The notes under the pieces were generated by a model. The model saw only the letters and a program-made list of their open reading frames with translations, did not search any database and was not told the origin of the DNA. A program made the position numbers and the translations under genes. DNA of 64,000 bases from Planctomycetota bacterium. GTDB lineage: Bacteria > Planctomycetota > Planctomycetia > Pirellulales > Lacipirellulaceae. The stretch lies in NCBI GenBank assembly GCA_039190745.1, contig JBCCXZ010000002.1, forward strand, positions 76,508 through 140,507, in the 5' to 3' direction. Positions 41,643 through 52,833 of the stretch are shown one piece after another (position 1 is the first letter of the stretch; every line of letters begins with the position of its first letter).

Positions 41643-42557
41643 TCAGCTCAGCCGATCGACCGCCGCGGCCAACGCGTGTTCGCCCTCGCCGGCCCACCAC
41701 GCATGGAAATCCGTCGCCAACGCCTCGGCGCGGGCGGATTCAGAAACGATCTCCGCCGCGAGGAGCGCCGCGTCGGCGTCCGCAGACATGCCGCCAATCC
41801 ACCGCTGGTAGTGCGCTTGGGCGGTCGCGTGGTCGTTGATGGCACCGAGGCGATTCTGAAGAGCCTTGGTTGCCGAGGCCGCGGCCTCGCGTGCTTCTTC
41901 TGCGAGCTCCGAATCGAACAGCTCCAGCGTGTACCGCAGCCGCTTCCCGGCGATCCTGAGCTGGTGCAGCTCGTGCCAGCCCGAGAGGTCGGCCTGAGAA
42001 GCAACCCGGAAGCGATCCGCCGCGTCCTCGACCGTCGACCCGGCAAACTCACCGAACGCGGTTGAAGATTCATCAGGGGAATTCAGCAGGGCGACCGCGT
42101 CTCGCAACGCCGCCCGGAGCCGTTTCGATCTCCGCTTGGTCGCCGCACTGCACAACGCCCGCTGGGCGTCGTCCCTCTGAGCACGTAGCCTCGGCCCGGC
42201 AATACGGTCGACAAACGGCTCGCCTGCCCGTTCGGCAAGCCGCAGCCAAAGCACGTCCGCGTCGCGAGCGGGCCCGGCTGCCCGGCGGATGTTCCGCAAC
42301 GCCTTTTTCGCATCAGAGGGTTTGCGCTCCATGAGCGGCGAAAAAGCGGCCAACGCCGCGCCGGCCCGACGCGTGGCGACGCGGAGACGGTGGACGTGCT
42401 CGATGTCGCCGTCCGGGTCCTCCGCGGCAAGCGGCAACAGACCGATCACCTGCTTGAAACGCTTTTTCAGCAACGATCGAGCCGCAGCGGCGGCCGGGAG
42501 AAGTTGCAACTCCAGATCAGTCGCGACGGGATCGGCGGTATTAGAACTGCGGGGCAT
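41643..42557 (-). CDS. CHAD domain protein (polyphosphate-binding)
   Basis: VHRLRVATRR, GPARDADV, LHQLRIAGKRLRYTLE, LQNRLGAINDH. Confidence 0.9.
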   Translation of the reverse strand: MPRSSNTADPVATDLELQLLPAAAAARSLLKKRFKQVIGLLPLAAEDPDGDIEHVHRLRVATRRAGAALAAFSPLMERKPSDAKKALRNIRRAAGPARDADVLWLRLAERAGEPFVDRIAGPRLRAQRDDAQRALCSAATKRRSKRLRAALRDAVALLNSPDESSTAFGEFAGSTVEDAADRFRVASQADLSGWHELHQLRIAGKRLRYTLELFDSELAEEAREAAASATKALQNRLGAINDHATAQAHYQRWIGGMSADADAALLAAEIVSESARAEALATDFHAWWAGEGEHALAAAVDRLS

Positions 42558-42743
42558 CGGCTCATACTTCTCTACGGGCCTGTCCGTTCGTCGGAACCCG
42601 CCGTCGGTTCCGTGCCGCACTGGCAACGACTCGTTGCCCCAGTATACGATAGGCGTTGTTCCGCGGCTCCAGCCGCTGCCGGTTCGGACAACGGGGATCG
42701 TATTTTGATCTGCTCGGTTTCAAAAAACTCTGCCGGCAACCTG

Positions 42744-44075
42744 TTGGTTCGCCGAGCACTCCTGGTCTTGGTTGCAAGCTGCGTTCTTGCCCCGGTCGGT
42801 TGCGGTCGGCTCGGCGGCCCCGCCAATGAGTACCAAGCCCCCCCGCCGCCGACGGTTACGGTGCAGCTCCCCATCGCCAAACCCGTAGCCGAAGTGCTTG
42901 AGTGGACCGGCAACACCAGCCCGGTCGAGCAGGTCGATGTCCGGGCACGCGTGGAAGGCTTCCTGGAGAGTATCGAGTTCCGCGAGGGCGAGGACGTTGA
43001 AGAGGGAGAGCTGCTGTTCGTGATCGACCCGCGGCCGTTCCAGGCAACGCTCAACGGGGCTCGGGCCTCGCAGGCGTTGGCCGAGGCCACGTTGGAAGAC
43101 TCCAGAGCCGGGGTCGAACGGGCCAAGGCAAACGTCATCAACGCCGAGAGCCAGTACCGCCGCGCCGTGCAGGCGGGGCCGGCGATCTCCCCGGCGGAGG
43201 TCGACGAGCTCCGCGCCGAACGCGACTCGGCCAACGCCAACTACCAGGCGGCCGAGGCTTCCGTAGAGTCGGCAAAGGCGCAGATCCTGGCCGCGAAGGC
43301 GGCGGTCGAACAAGCCGAGCTCGACCTCGATTACACACAGGTTAAGGCCCCCATCAGCGGCCGCGTCGGCCGACGGATGGTCGACGTCGGCAACCTAGTG
43401 GGTAGTTCCGAGCCGACGCTGCTCACGCAGATCGTCAAGTACGAACCGATCTACGCCTACTTTTCGATGAGCGAAGCCGAGCTGCTTCAATGGATCGAGC
43501 ACTCGCGTCAGAACGGAAACGAGTCGAACCCCAGCGAAGAGGCTACCGGCGACAAGCCCATGTGGCTCGGCTTGGCCAACGAAGACGGGTACCCCCATGA
43601 AGGAAGATACGATTTCGCCGACCTGACGGTGGACCAAGACACAGGCACCTTCATGGTGCGGGCGGTGTTCGATAACCCCAACCGCAACATCCCGCCCGGG
43701 GCGTTTGCCCGGCTGCAGGTATCGCTCGACGAGACGCCCGCGCTGCTGGTGCCCCAGGTGGCGGTCAGCCGTGACCAAAGCGGACCCTACTTGCTGACCG
43801 TCAACAGCAAGAACATCGTCGAACGGCGGAACGTCGAACTCGGCCGCGTGCTGGACAATATGCAGGTTGTTGTCTCGGGCCTGTTTGAGGACGACCGAGT
43901 AATTGTGAACGGCGTGCAGCGGGCCCGCCCGAGCAGCCCGGTCACCCCGCAGACGCAGGACGCATCCGGGAATCCCGCGGCGGGCCAGCCGTCGGGGCAA
44001 CCCACGTCGGGGCGCCCGGAGTCCGGCGAACCCGCGCCCGCGGACCAAACCCCGGCCGCACAGCCCGACGCCTAA
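42744..44075 (+). CDS. RND efflux periplasmic adaptor lipoprotein
   Basis: Lipobox-like PVGC; VRARVEGFL, LFVIDPRPF, YTQVKAPISGRVG, VIVNGVQRARP. Start approximate. Confidence 0.9.
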   Translation: MVRRALLVLVASCVLAPVGCGRLGGPANEYQAPPPPTVTVQLPIAKPVAEVLEWTGNTSPVEQVDVRARVEGFLESIEFREGEDVEEGELLFVIDPRPFQATLNGARASQALAEATLEDSRAGVERAKANVINAESQYRRAVQAGPAISPAEVDELRAERDSANANYQAAEASVESAKAQILAAKAAVEQAELDLDYTQVKAPISGRVGRRMVDVGNLVGSSEPTLLTQIVKYEPIYAYFSMSEAELLQWIEHSRQNGNESNPSEEATGDKPMWLGLANEDGYPHEGRYDFADLTVDQDTGTFMVRAVFDNPNRNIPPGAFARLQVSLDETPALLVPQVAVSRDQSGPYLLTVNSKNIVERRNVELGRVLDNMQVVVSGLFEDDRVIVNGVQRARPSSPVTPQTQDASGNPAAGQPSGQPTSGRPESGEPAPADQTPAAQPDA

Positions 44076-44102
44076 AGGCCTCACCGAGTACCCCCGGTCC
44101 GC

Positions 44103-47100
44103 ATGCTCTCACGCTTCTTCATCCACCGCCCGATCGCCGCCTCGGTGATCTCGATCATCATCGTGATCGCCGGAGCCTCGTCGCAGGTGGGGCTCCCGGT
44201 CTCGAAGTTCCCCGACGTCACTCCCCCCACGGTCCAGGTCACCTGCTTCTACCCAGGGGCGAACGCCCAGGTGGTCGCCGAGACGGTCGCGGCGCCGATC
44301 GAGCAGGAAGTTAACGGCGTCGAGGATATGCTTTATATGTCGTCGGTGAGCGCCGACGACGGCTCGTACACGCTCACCGTGACGTTCGCGATCGGCACCG
44401 ACACCGACTTCGCCCAGGTGCTGGTGCAAAACCGGGTGTCGATCGCCGAGCCGAAGGTACCCGAAGAGGTACGCCGCCAGGGCATCACCACCAAGAAGCA
44501 GTCGACCAGTGTGATCCAGTACATCGCACTGACCTCGCCGGACGAGCGTTACGACTCGCTGTTCCTCAGCAACTACGCCACGATCTACATCAAAGACGAG
44601 CTCAGCCGCATCCCCGGCGTGGGCTCGGTGACCATTTTTGGTTCGGACGACTACAGCATGCGGGTGTGGCTCGACCCGCGCAAGCTCAAATCGCGCCGCC
44701 TCACCACAGAGGACGTGGTCAACGCAATCAGCGAGCAGAACGTTCAGGTAGCGGCCGGGCGGATCGGCGAGCCGCCCGCGGCGGAGGGGGGTTCGCTCCC
44801 GCCGACGCAGCTAGTGGTCAACACGCTGGGCCGGCTCAAGGACCCCCAGCAGTTTGCAAACATCATCATCAAGACCGCCGACGGCACGCGCATCACTCGG
44901 GTCAAAGATGTCGCCCGGGTCGAAGAGGGTGCCAAGACCTACAACCGGTCGGCCTCGCTCGACGGCCAGCCCGCCGCGATCCTGTCGGTCTACCAGCTCC
45001 CCGGCGCCAACGCCCTCGACGTGGCCGACCTGGTCGAAAAGAAGCTGGCCGAGCTCACAAGAGCCTTCCCCGAGGGGATGGAGTACAAGATCCCGTTCGA
45101 CACCACGCGGTTTGTGACCGCCTCGGTGCAAGAGGTCTACACCACGCTGATCCAGGCGGTGGCGTTGGTGGTGCTCGTGATCTTCGTCTTCCTGCAAGAC
45201 TGGCGTGCGACCATCGTGCCGGTCGCCGCGATCCCCGTCGCACTCATCGGAACGTTCGCCGTAATGGCCGGGCTGGGCTTCTCGATCAATATGCTCACGC
45301 TGTTCGGTATCGTGCTCGCGATCGGCGTCGTAGTCGACGACGCGATCGTGGTCGTAGAGAACTGTGCGCGGCACCTTGACGACGGGCTCTCCTCAAAGGC
45401 GGCTGCCGAGAAGGCGATGGAAGAAATCACTGGGCCGGTGATTGCCACAAGCCTCGTGCTGCTGGCCGTATTCGTGCCCACCGCGTTCATGGGCGGCATC
45501 ACTGGCCAGCTTTACCGGCAGTTCGCGCTCACCATCTCCGCGGCGGTGACAATCAGCACGATCAACGCCCTGACCCTCAGCCCTGCGTTGTGCGGCATCC
45601 TCATGCGGCAGACGCCCAAGCCCGAAGACCGCAACATCTTCTTCCGGGCATTCAACGCGGTGTTCGACCGGGTCACCTCGATCTACGGCAAGGTGATCGG
45701 GCTGGTGGTCCGCCGCGCGGCGATCGGGATGCTGCTATTTTTTGCGCTCGTCTGGCTCACCGGCTGGACCTTCGGCCAGCTGCCCACAGGCTTCCTGCCG
45801 ACCGAAGACCAGGGCTACGCTCTGGTGAATATCCAGCTCCCCGACGGCGCCTCGCTTGAGCGGACCGAGGCCGTGCAGCGCGAGCTCGACAAGCTGTTCG
45901 CCAGGACCGAAGGGGTCGAGACGTGGGTCTCGATCACGGGCTTCTCGATCCTCACGGGCACCAACGGCTCGAACGCCGGGCTCGTGGCGGTGGTGTTCGA
46001 CCCCTGGGAAGAGCGGCAGACGCCAGACCTCTCGCAAGAAGCAATCCTCGGCAAGCTATTCGCTGGATTCAACGAAATCCAAGAGGCGATCATCTTCGGC
46101 TTCTTCCCGCCGGCGATTGACGGGCTGGGCACCGCCGGAGGGTTCCAGGTCCAGCTGCAAGACAAGGGCGACCTCGGATTGGAGCAGCTCCAGAACCTCA
46201 CCACCGAGATGATCGACACCGGCAACGGCCAAACCGGTCTTCAGGCGCTCAACACCACGTTCCGGGCGAGCATGCCGCAGCTGTTCGTTGACGTCGACCG
46301 CACCAAAGTCAAAACGCTGGAAGTGCCTCTCAGCTCGGTGTTCAACACGCTGCAGGCGTACCTCGGCTCGACCTACGTGAACGACTTCAACAAGTTCGGC
46401 CGGACCTACCAGGTGCGCGTCCAGGCCGACAGCCAGTTCCGCACCCAGCCCGACGACATCGAGCAACTCGACGTGCGCAACGCCGACGGCGACATGCTGC
46501 CGCTGGGAACGGTGCTGACGGTTGAAGACACGCTCGGGCCGCAGATCGTGCAGCGCTACAACCTGTATCCGTCGTCGCAGATCAACGGCTCGCCCGCGCC
46601 CGGCAAGAGCTCTGGCGAGGCCATCGAGCTGATGGAGCAGATGGCCGACCAGATCTTGCCGACCTCGATGGGCTACGAGTGGACCGGTATGTCGTACCAA
46701 GAGAAGCTGGTCAGCGGCGGGCAGTACGGCGTCTTCGTACTCGCAGTGGTGCTGGTGTTCCTGGTGCTCGCCTTCCAGTACGAGAGCTGGACCAGCCCCG
46801 CTGCGGTGATCTCGGTTGTCCCGCTAGCGGCCCTCGGCGTGGTGGCGGCCCTCATGCTCCGCGGCATGGACAACAACGTGTACACGCAGATCGGTATCGT
46901 GCTGCTGGTTGCGCTCGCGAGCAAGAACGCAATCCTGATCGTTGAGTTCGCCAGCGAGCAGCGGCGGGCAGGCAAGACAATCCGCGAGGCGGCAGCGGCG
47001 GCGGCAGAGCTCCGCTTCCGCGCGATCCTGATGACCGCCTTCTCGTCGATCCTGGGCTTCGCCCCGCTGCTGGTCTCGAAAGGCGCCGGGGCGGCGAGCC

Positions 47101-47309
47101 GGCAGGCGGTCGGCACCGCTGTGGTCGGCGGGATGAGCGCCGCGACGGTGTTCGCCGTGCTGTTCGTGCCGGTGTTCTTCGTCGTCTGGCGGAGTATCGG
47201 CGAGTGGGGCGGCGGCGCCGAGAAGGGGGCCGACCTCAAACAGGTGCCCACGAAGTCACCCCCGACCGATCCGGTCGCATCAAAAACGACTGCCCCGAAA
47301 CCGACCTAG
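44103..47309 (+). CDS. RND efflux permease (HAE1/AcrB family)
   Basis: MLSRFFIHRPI, IGVVVDDAIVVVEN, SKNAILIVEF, RFRAILMTA. Confidence 0.96.
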   Translation: MLSRFFIHRPIAASVISIIIVIAGASSQVGLPVSKFPDVTPPTVQVTCFYPGANAQVVAETVAAPIEQEVNGVEDMLYMSSVSADDGSYTLTVTFAIGTDTDFAQVLVQNRVSIAEPKVPEEVRRQGITTKKQSTSVIQYIALTSPDERYDSLFLSNYATIYIKDELSRIPGVGSVTIFGSDDYSMRVWLDPRKLKSRRLTTEDVVNAISEQNVQVAAGRIGEPPAAEGGSLPPTQLVVNTLGRLKDPQQFANIIIKTADGTRITRVKDVARVEEGAKTYNRSASLDGQPAAILSVYQLPGANALDVADLVEKKLAELTRAFPEGMEYKIPFDTTRFVTASVQEVYTTLIQAVALVVLVIFVFLQDWRATIVPVAAIPVALIGTFAVMAGLGFSINMLTLFGIVLAIGVVVDDAIVVVENCARHLDDGLSSKAAAEKAMEEITGPVIATSLVLLAVFVPTAFMGGITGQLYRQFALTISAAVTISTINALTLSPALCGILMRQTPKPEDRNIFFRAFNAVFDRVTSIYGKVIGLVVRRAAIGMLLFFALVWLTGWTFGQLPTGFLPTEDQGYALVNIQLPDGASLERTEAVQRELDKLFARTEGVETWVSITGFSILTGTNGSNAGLVAVVFDPWEERQTPDLSQEAILGKLFAGFNEIQEAIIFGFFPPAIDGLGTAGGFQVQLQDKGDLGLEQLQNLTTEMIDTGNGQTGLQALNTTFRASMPQLFVDVDRTKVKTLEVPLSSVFNTLQAYLGSTYVNDFNKFGRTYQVRVQADSQFRTQPDDIEQLDVRNADGDMLPLGTVLTVEDTLGPQIVQRYNLYPSSQINGSPAPGKSSGEAIELMEQMADQILPTSMGYEWTGMSYQEKLVSGGQYGVFVLAVVLVFLVLAFQYESWTSPAAVISVVPLAALGVVAALMLRGMDNNVYTQIGIVLLVALASKNAILIVEFASEQRRAGKTIREAAAAAAELRFRAILMTAFSSILGFAPLLVSKGAGAASRQAVGTAVVGGMSAATVFAVLFVPVFFVVWRSIGEWGGGAEKGADLKQVPTKSPPTDPVASKTTAPKPT

Positions 47310-47315
47310 CAGAGA

Positions 47316-47362
47316 AAACCGCAGAGCCCCGACCGACATGCGGCCGGGGCTGGTTGCGGTTT
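47316..47362. terminator. Hairpin between convergent genes, possible bidirectional terminator
   Basis: AACCGCA-G-AGCCCCG...CGGGGCT-GGT-TGCGGTT. Confidence 0.5.
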
Positions 47363-47431
47363 CGCGGGCCTTCGCCAGGTGTTTCCCCACCCGTCGCTTC
47401 GTTGCGCGCTTCAGATTCTCCGTATCTGTGG

Positions 47432-48289
47432 CTAGTACTCGACGCCGACGTACGTGCCGAACCCGTGCAGGGCGAGGTCGCCCAGCAGGTTCGAGTCGCT
47501 GTCCCAACGCTGGGCCTCCCAGAAGATCGAGGCAACCAGGTCGAACGCGTCGAACTCGAACTCAAAATTGGCGCCGGCCTGGAATTCCCAGACCTGCACG
47601 AACTCGTCGGTGATCTCCAGCGGGCCGCCGCCGATTAGGTAGATGTTGTCCTGTTCGATATCGCCGTAGAGCAGCGCGGTGCGGACCCGGCCGAAGAAGG
47701 ACATCTCCTCGAAGAACACGGGGCGAGAACCCATCGCCGAGAACGTCGGCCCGGCGCCCTGGAACTCGGTCCCAGCGAGCCCGAACCATACGGCCTCGTC
47801 GAAGTCCTCCCACTCGAACTCGTCGCTGGCTTGCTCGCGGATCTCGTACTGGGCGTACCGCACGCCGGCGGTGCCGACCCAGTCCCAGACGCTGAACTTG
47901 CCGCGCTGGATGAACTCCGCGTCGAAAGCGTCGAGCTCGATGCCGAGGTCGCCGGCAATCGGCACCGTGCCGCTCCCGTCCCGGCCGACGCCGACGTAGC
48001 CGGTGGTATTGTCGAACGTGAACCAACGGACCTGGACGCCGCCGCCCTGCTCGCCCTCGTAACCGAGCGAGACGCGCTGGGCGAAGTCGAGTTCCGATTC
48101 GACGTTCCCGTCGCCGAACTGCGGCACGGGCGAACCGTGGTAGAAGATATTGTCGAATCCGGCGCCGCTCAGTTTGGGAGCCAAGTACAGCAGGTCGACG
48201 CCCGCGAACCAGCCCTCATCGGCCCGGACGCCCGCCGCCTGCACGGCGACCGTGACGGCCGCGATGGCCGCAAGAAAGAACTGTTTCAT
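47432..48289 (-). CDS. Putative outer-membrane beta-barrel protein (Lpg1974/BBP7-like)
   Basis: Signal peptide; alternating beta strands; C-terminal aromatic residue (FGTYVGVEY). Confidence 0.7.
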   Translation of the reverse strand: MKQFFLAAIAAVTVAVQAAGVRADEGWFAGVDLLYLAPKLSGAGFDNIFYHGSPVPQFGDGNVESELDFAQRVSLGYEGEQGGGVQVRWFTFDNTTGYVGVGRDGSGTVPIAGDLGIELDAFDAEFIQRGKFSVWDWVGTAGVRYAQYEIREQASDEFEWEDFDEAVWFGLAGTEFQGAGPTFSAMGSRPVFFEEMSFFGRVRTALLYGDIEQDNIYLIGGGPLEITDEFVQVWEFQAGANFEFEFDAFDLVASIFWEAQRWDSDSNLLGDLALHGFGTYVGVEY

Positions 48290-48528
48290 GGATATTGCCC
48301 GCCTATGCTTCCGTGCATCGGTGACGCGACGCAGGTCACGTTGACCCGCGTGTGCCGGATGCGCCTGTCACGCGGCCGCTGGCCAGCGGACAGGGACGAT
48401 CCGTGCCTCTCACAACACTGATTCGACCGCCCTTGCAGGAAGATTGAGGCTGACCGCAACTCCGCGCAAGACCGGGAAGACCAGAGCGAGCGCAACAGCC
48501 GGCAAGGTTTGACAAAGTCAGCTCGAAT

Positions 48529-48921
48529 CTAAGCGGGTTGGACGTGGTTACGGAGCCAATCGGTTAACTCGTCTTCCGAGAGCTGGCCTTCGGCAAGATG
48601 GAGTATAACCCGGTAGAGTTCGTCGTCGGTCGCCCCCAACTTGTAGCCGTTCAACTCAATGAATGCTTCGCAGACCACCGCCGCAGTCCGCTTGTTGCCG
48701 TCCACAAATGGGTGATTCCGCGCGATTCCGAATGCGTAGGCCGCCGCAAGTGCTGGTATGTCCGCCTTGTCGGCGGCGTACCCGTACAGGTGCCTCGGTC
48801 TTGCTAAGGCCGAGGAGAGCATACCCCGATCTCGGACCCCCTCCATGCCTCCGTGCTCGGCAAGCTGCCGGTGGTGGATCGCCTCGACCGCCTCTGCCAA
48901 AATCCAATCTGGATCGGTCAC
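48529..48921 (-). CDS. doc: Doc-type (Fic family) toxin
   Basis: HGGMEGVRDRGMLSSALARP, HPFVDGNKR. Confidence 0.92.
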   Translation of the reverse strand: MTDPDWILAEAVEAIHHRQLAEHGGMEGVRDRGMLSSALARPRHLYGYAADKADIPALAAAYAFGIARNHPFVDGNKRTAAVVCEAFIELNGYKLGATDDELYRVILHLAEGQLSEDELTDWLRNHVQPA

Positions 48922-48924
48922 CGG

Positions 48925-49149
48925 CTACTCAGCCAGCTTTCGGAGCACGTTGCGACGCTCGCGCATGACCTGCTCAGCTGTCTCCATCTGACGCTGCAAC
49001 TCTGCGTCGTAGGGGGTGAGCGTCACTCCGTCCGGGGCCTCGGTAATGTGCAGCTGATCTCCCTGGCCGACACGCAATCGCTCAAGCACCTCCTTGGGCA
49101 GGACAATGCCAACGGAGTTGCCGATCTTCGTGATTTTGACGGTCGTCAT
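48925..49149 (-). CDS. AbrB/MazE-type antitoxin
   Basis: KITKIGNSVGIVLPKEVLERL..GDQL; 3 bp from doc; GGAGGT RBS. Confidence 0.92.
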   Translation of the reverse strand: MTTVKITKIGNSVGIVLPKEVLERLRVGQGDQLHITEAPDGVTLTPYDAELQRQMETAEQVMRERRNVLRKLAE

Positions 49150-49171
49150 GGCCTGAGTACCTCCACGTCCA

Positions 49172-49197
49172 ATTATAACTTCTGTTCGAACGGGCGG

Positions 49198-49201
<4 letters not shown>
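49172..49201 (-). promoter_or_regulatory. Sigma70-like promoter of the TA operon
   Basis: Minus strand TTGACC-18 nt-TATAAT; the -35 box overlaps the mtnA stop codon. Confidence 0.7.
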
Positions 49202-50238
<1,037 letters not shown>

Positions 50239-50245
50239 ATGAGCT

Positions 50246-50594
50246 AGCCACAGATGAACACAGATAAACGCTGATGATCTAGTTGCTGTCGAAAGCTGAT
50301 CTTAAGGCCTCGGCAACAACCTGTGATTGACTCGATGCATTCAAACCCATGCGTTCAACAACAATGTTGTCCAGTTCTTTGGCCAACGCGTTACTCTCCA
50401 TCCCGTCTCGTAGCCAACAATAGATAGGCCAGACATAGGCGTCGTACTCGTCGTCAACGACACCGCTTACGCCAATCGGATCCCACCTTTCGTTAAGGAT
50501 CTGCTTGATCTCGGATAGCCGAGTGTCGCGTCGATGCGCCTCTTTCTCTGAGTCTCCGTGCGTCATCTGTGTGCATCTGCGTCCATCTGTGGCT
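50246..50594. repeat. 32-bp imperfect inverted repeats with 9-nt periodicity flanking a small gene
   Basis: AGCCACAGATGAACACAGATAAACGCTGATGA (50246-50277) versus the reverse complement of 50563-50594, AGCCACAGATGGACGCAGATGCACACAGATGA; 26/32 identical by manual alignment. Confidence 0.85.
50279..50566 (-). CDS. Small hypothetical protein (DUF1871-like WDPIG..DEY motif)
   Basis: MTHGDSEK..ILNERWDPIGVSGVVDDEYDAYV; 95 aa; visibly more AT-rich than its neighbours. Confidence 0.7.
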   Translation of the reverse strand: MTHGDSEKEAHRRDTRLSEIKQILNERWDPIGVSGVVDDEYDAYVWPIYCWLRDGMESNALAKELDNIVVERMGLNASSQSQVVAEALRSAFDSN

Positions 50595-50603
50595 GTTCCC
50601 AAA

Positions 50604-51719
50604 TCAAACGCCAACGCCGAACAGGTCGCTGTGCTCCAGCCCAAACGTCTCCGCCACCGGCCGGTTCGTCACCCGGCCCTGGTGCATGTTGACCGACCGG
50701 GCCACCGGCGGACGTGCCTCGGCGGCCTCCTCGATGCCCCGCTCGGCGATCTCGATGACCCACGGAAGCGTCACGTTGCACAGGGCGAACGTGCTCGTTC
50801 GGCCGACGGCGCCCGGCATGTTGGTGACGCAGTAGTGCAGCACGTCGTCGATGATGTAAGTCGGCTCGGCGTGCGAGGTGGGCCGGCTCGTCTCGATGCA
50901 GCCGCCCTGATCGATGGCCACGTCGATGATCACGCTGCCCGGCTGCATCCGTTTGAGGTCTTCGCGCTCCACCAGCCGCGGGGCCTTGGCGCCGGGGATC
51001 AGCACGGCGCCGATCACCAGGTCGGCCCGCTCGAGCTGCTTGCGGATCGTGTGCCGGTCGCTGAACAGCACGTCGACGTTGGGCGGCATCACGTCGTCGA
51101 GGTAGCGGAGCCGGTCCATGTTGATGTCCAGCAGGGCAACATTGGCGTTGAACCCCGCGGCGATCTTCGCCGCATTCGCGCCAACTACGCCGCCGCCGAG
51201 CACGGTGATGTACGCCGGCGCCACGCCCGGCACGCCGCCCAGCAAAATGCCCCGGCCCATCTGCGGACGCTCCAAGTACTTGGCGCCCTCCTGGATGCTC
51301 ATCCGCCCCGCCACCTCGCTCATCGGCGTGAGCAGCGGCAACCGGCCCTGGTCGTCGGCGAGCGTCTCGTACGCCGCGGCCGTGCAGCCGCTGGCCAGCA
51401 CCGCCTCGGTCAGCTCACGGTCGGCGGCAAAGTGGAAGTAGGTGAACACGATTTGCCCCGAGCGGATCTTCGGCCACTCCTCGCGCATCGGCTCTTTGAC
51501 TTTCACGATCATGTCGGCGCGGGCGAAGATCTCGTCCGGTTCGGCGACCATCTCGCAGCCGTTGCGCAGGTAGTCGTGGTCGGGAATGCCCGAGCCCAGC
51601 CCGGCCCCGGCCTCCATCAGCACGGTGTGCCCGCGGCGGGTGAGTTCTTCTACCCCGACCGGCAGCATCGCCACGCGGTACTCGTCGCTCTTGATCTCTT
51701 TGGGGACGCCGATGATCAT
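50604..51719 (-). CDS. ald: Alanine dehydrogenase
   Basis: MIIGVPKEIK, LLTPMSEVAGR, GGGVVG, DVAIDQGGC, HYCVTNMPGAV. Confidence 0.96.
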   Translation of the reverse strand: MIIGVPKEIKSDEYRVAMLPVGVEELTRRGHTVLMEAGAGLGSGIPDHDYLRNGCEMVAEPDEIFARADMIVKVKEPMREEWPKIRSGQIVFTYFHFAADRELTEAVLASGCTAAAYETLADDQGRLPLLTPMSEVAGRMSIQEGAKYLERPQMGRGILLGGVPGVAPAYITVLGGGVVGANAAKIAAGFNANVALLDINMDRLRYLDDVMPPNVDVLFSDRHTIRKQLERADLVIGAVLIPGAKAPRLVEREDLKRMQPGSVIIDVAIDQGGCIETSRPTSHAEPTYIIDDVLHYCVTNMPGAVGRTSTFALCNVTLPWVIEIAERGIEEAAEARPPVARSVNMHQGRVTNRPVAETFGLEHSDLFGVGV

Positions 51720-51911
51720 GCCGAAACCCTCTCGCTAAAACGCAACGCTTGGCCTCCGGCGGCAGTCTAACAACCGCCGCAGCGGGCAGCGACCTCGCGG
51801 GCGCGAAACCGTGGAAGCGTTGCGCGGGCCCGCCGTTGCCGGTCGGGGTCGTAGCGACCAAGCGAACCAGCGAGACCCTGCGGCCAGATCGACCGCCAAT
51901 CCTTCGGAACA

Positions 51912-52223
51912 ATGCCCGAGCAACCGCCACAGAATACCGAGCCGCCGACCCCGGACGCCGCCGAGCGTTCGCGCGAGGCGAAATGGATGACCCGCGGCAT
52001 CGCCGGCGCGTTGATCGTGTGGGGCACGCTGCTGGGCATCGGTGCCACCATGGGCATCGCCGAGCAGACCCCGGGCGGCGACCCGCGTAAGCTGCTGGTG
52101 GTGGCAGGCACAACCGGCTTGTTCCTGATGCTCTGGGGCGGGGTGCTGCTGGCCGCCAAACGCCGCAAACCCCGCCGGAGGGCCGTCCCGGCCCCGTCAA
52201 CCGACGAATCGAACCCCGGCTGA
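51912..52223 (+). CDS. Small two-TM membrane protein
   Basis: Two hydrophobic helices followed by a basic tail (KRRKPRRR). Confidence 0.65.
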   Translation: MPEQPPQNTEPPTPDAAERSREAKWMTRGIAGALIVWGTLLGIGATMGIAEQTPGGDPRKLLVVAGTTGLFLMLWGGVLLAAKRRKPRRRAVPAPSTDESNPG

Positions 52224-52355
52224 CTCTCGGCGGGGCCTCCGTAAGCCGCTCGGGCCCTTGGCAGGCGGAAAGCCGCCTGTATATTGGTGGATTCCCTCGG
52301 AGCGGTTGGTCCGCGGCGGGGGCGATCCCCTTCGTGACAGGCTGAGACCGATCGC

Positions 52356-52793
52356 ATGAAAACCTACATGGCCAAACCCGCCACCGTCGAGCGGAAGTGG
52401 CTGCTGGTCGACGCCACCGACAAGGTGGTGGGCCGGCTCGCCAGCGAGATCGCCATGATCTTGATGGGCAAGCACCGCCCCACTTACACGCCCCACGTCG
52501 ACACGGGCGACTTTGTGGTGGTGACCAACGTCGAGAAGATCAGCTTCAGCGGCAAGAAGTGGGAGCAGAAGGAGTACGCCTGGTACACCGGCTACCCCCG
52601 CCAACGCCGGATCAACGCCGCCGACCGCCGCGAGCGGCAGCCCGAGTTGATCCTCCGCGAAGCGGTCCGCCGCATGCTGCCCAAGAACAAGCTCGGCCGC
52701 GCGATGCTCAGCAAGCTGAAGGTCTACGCCGGCACCAGCCACCCGCACCAGGCACAGCAGCCCGAGCCGACCGAGCTGGCCGCGAAGTCCTAG
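52356..52793 (+). CDS. rplM: 50S ribosomal protein L13
   Basis: WLLVDA..GRLAS..GKHRPTYTPHVDTGD..MLPKNKLGR..HPHQAQQP. Confidence 0.98.
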   Translation: MKTYMAKPATVERKWLLVDATDKVVGRLASEIAMILMGKHRPTYTPHVDTGDFVVVTNVEKISFSGKKWEQKEYAWYTGYPRQRRINAADRRERQPELILREAVRRMLPKNKLGRAMLSKLKVYAGTSHPHQAQQPEPTELAAKS

Positions 52794-52833
52794 AGCAAAT
52801 CACTAACCGCAAACTCTCCGCAGGAACCCGTTC

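Noticed and set aside
47432..48289. Beta-barrel as the outer-membrane channel of the adjacent RND pump
   Set aside because: It is convergently transcribed and lacks the helical TolC/OMF architecture.
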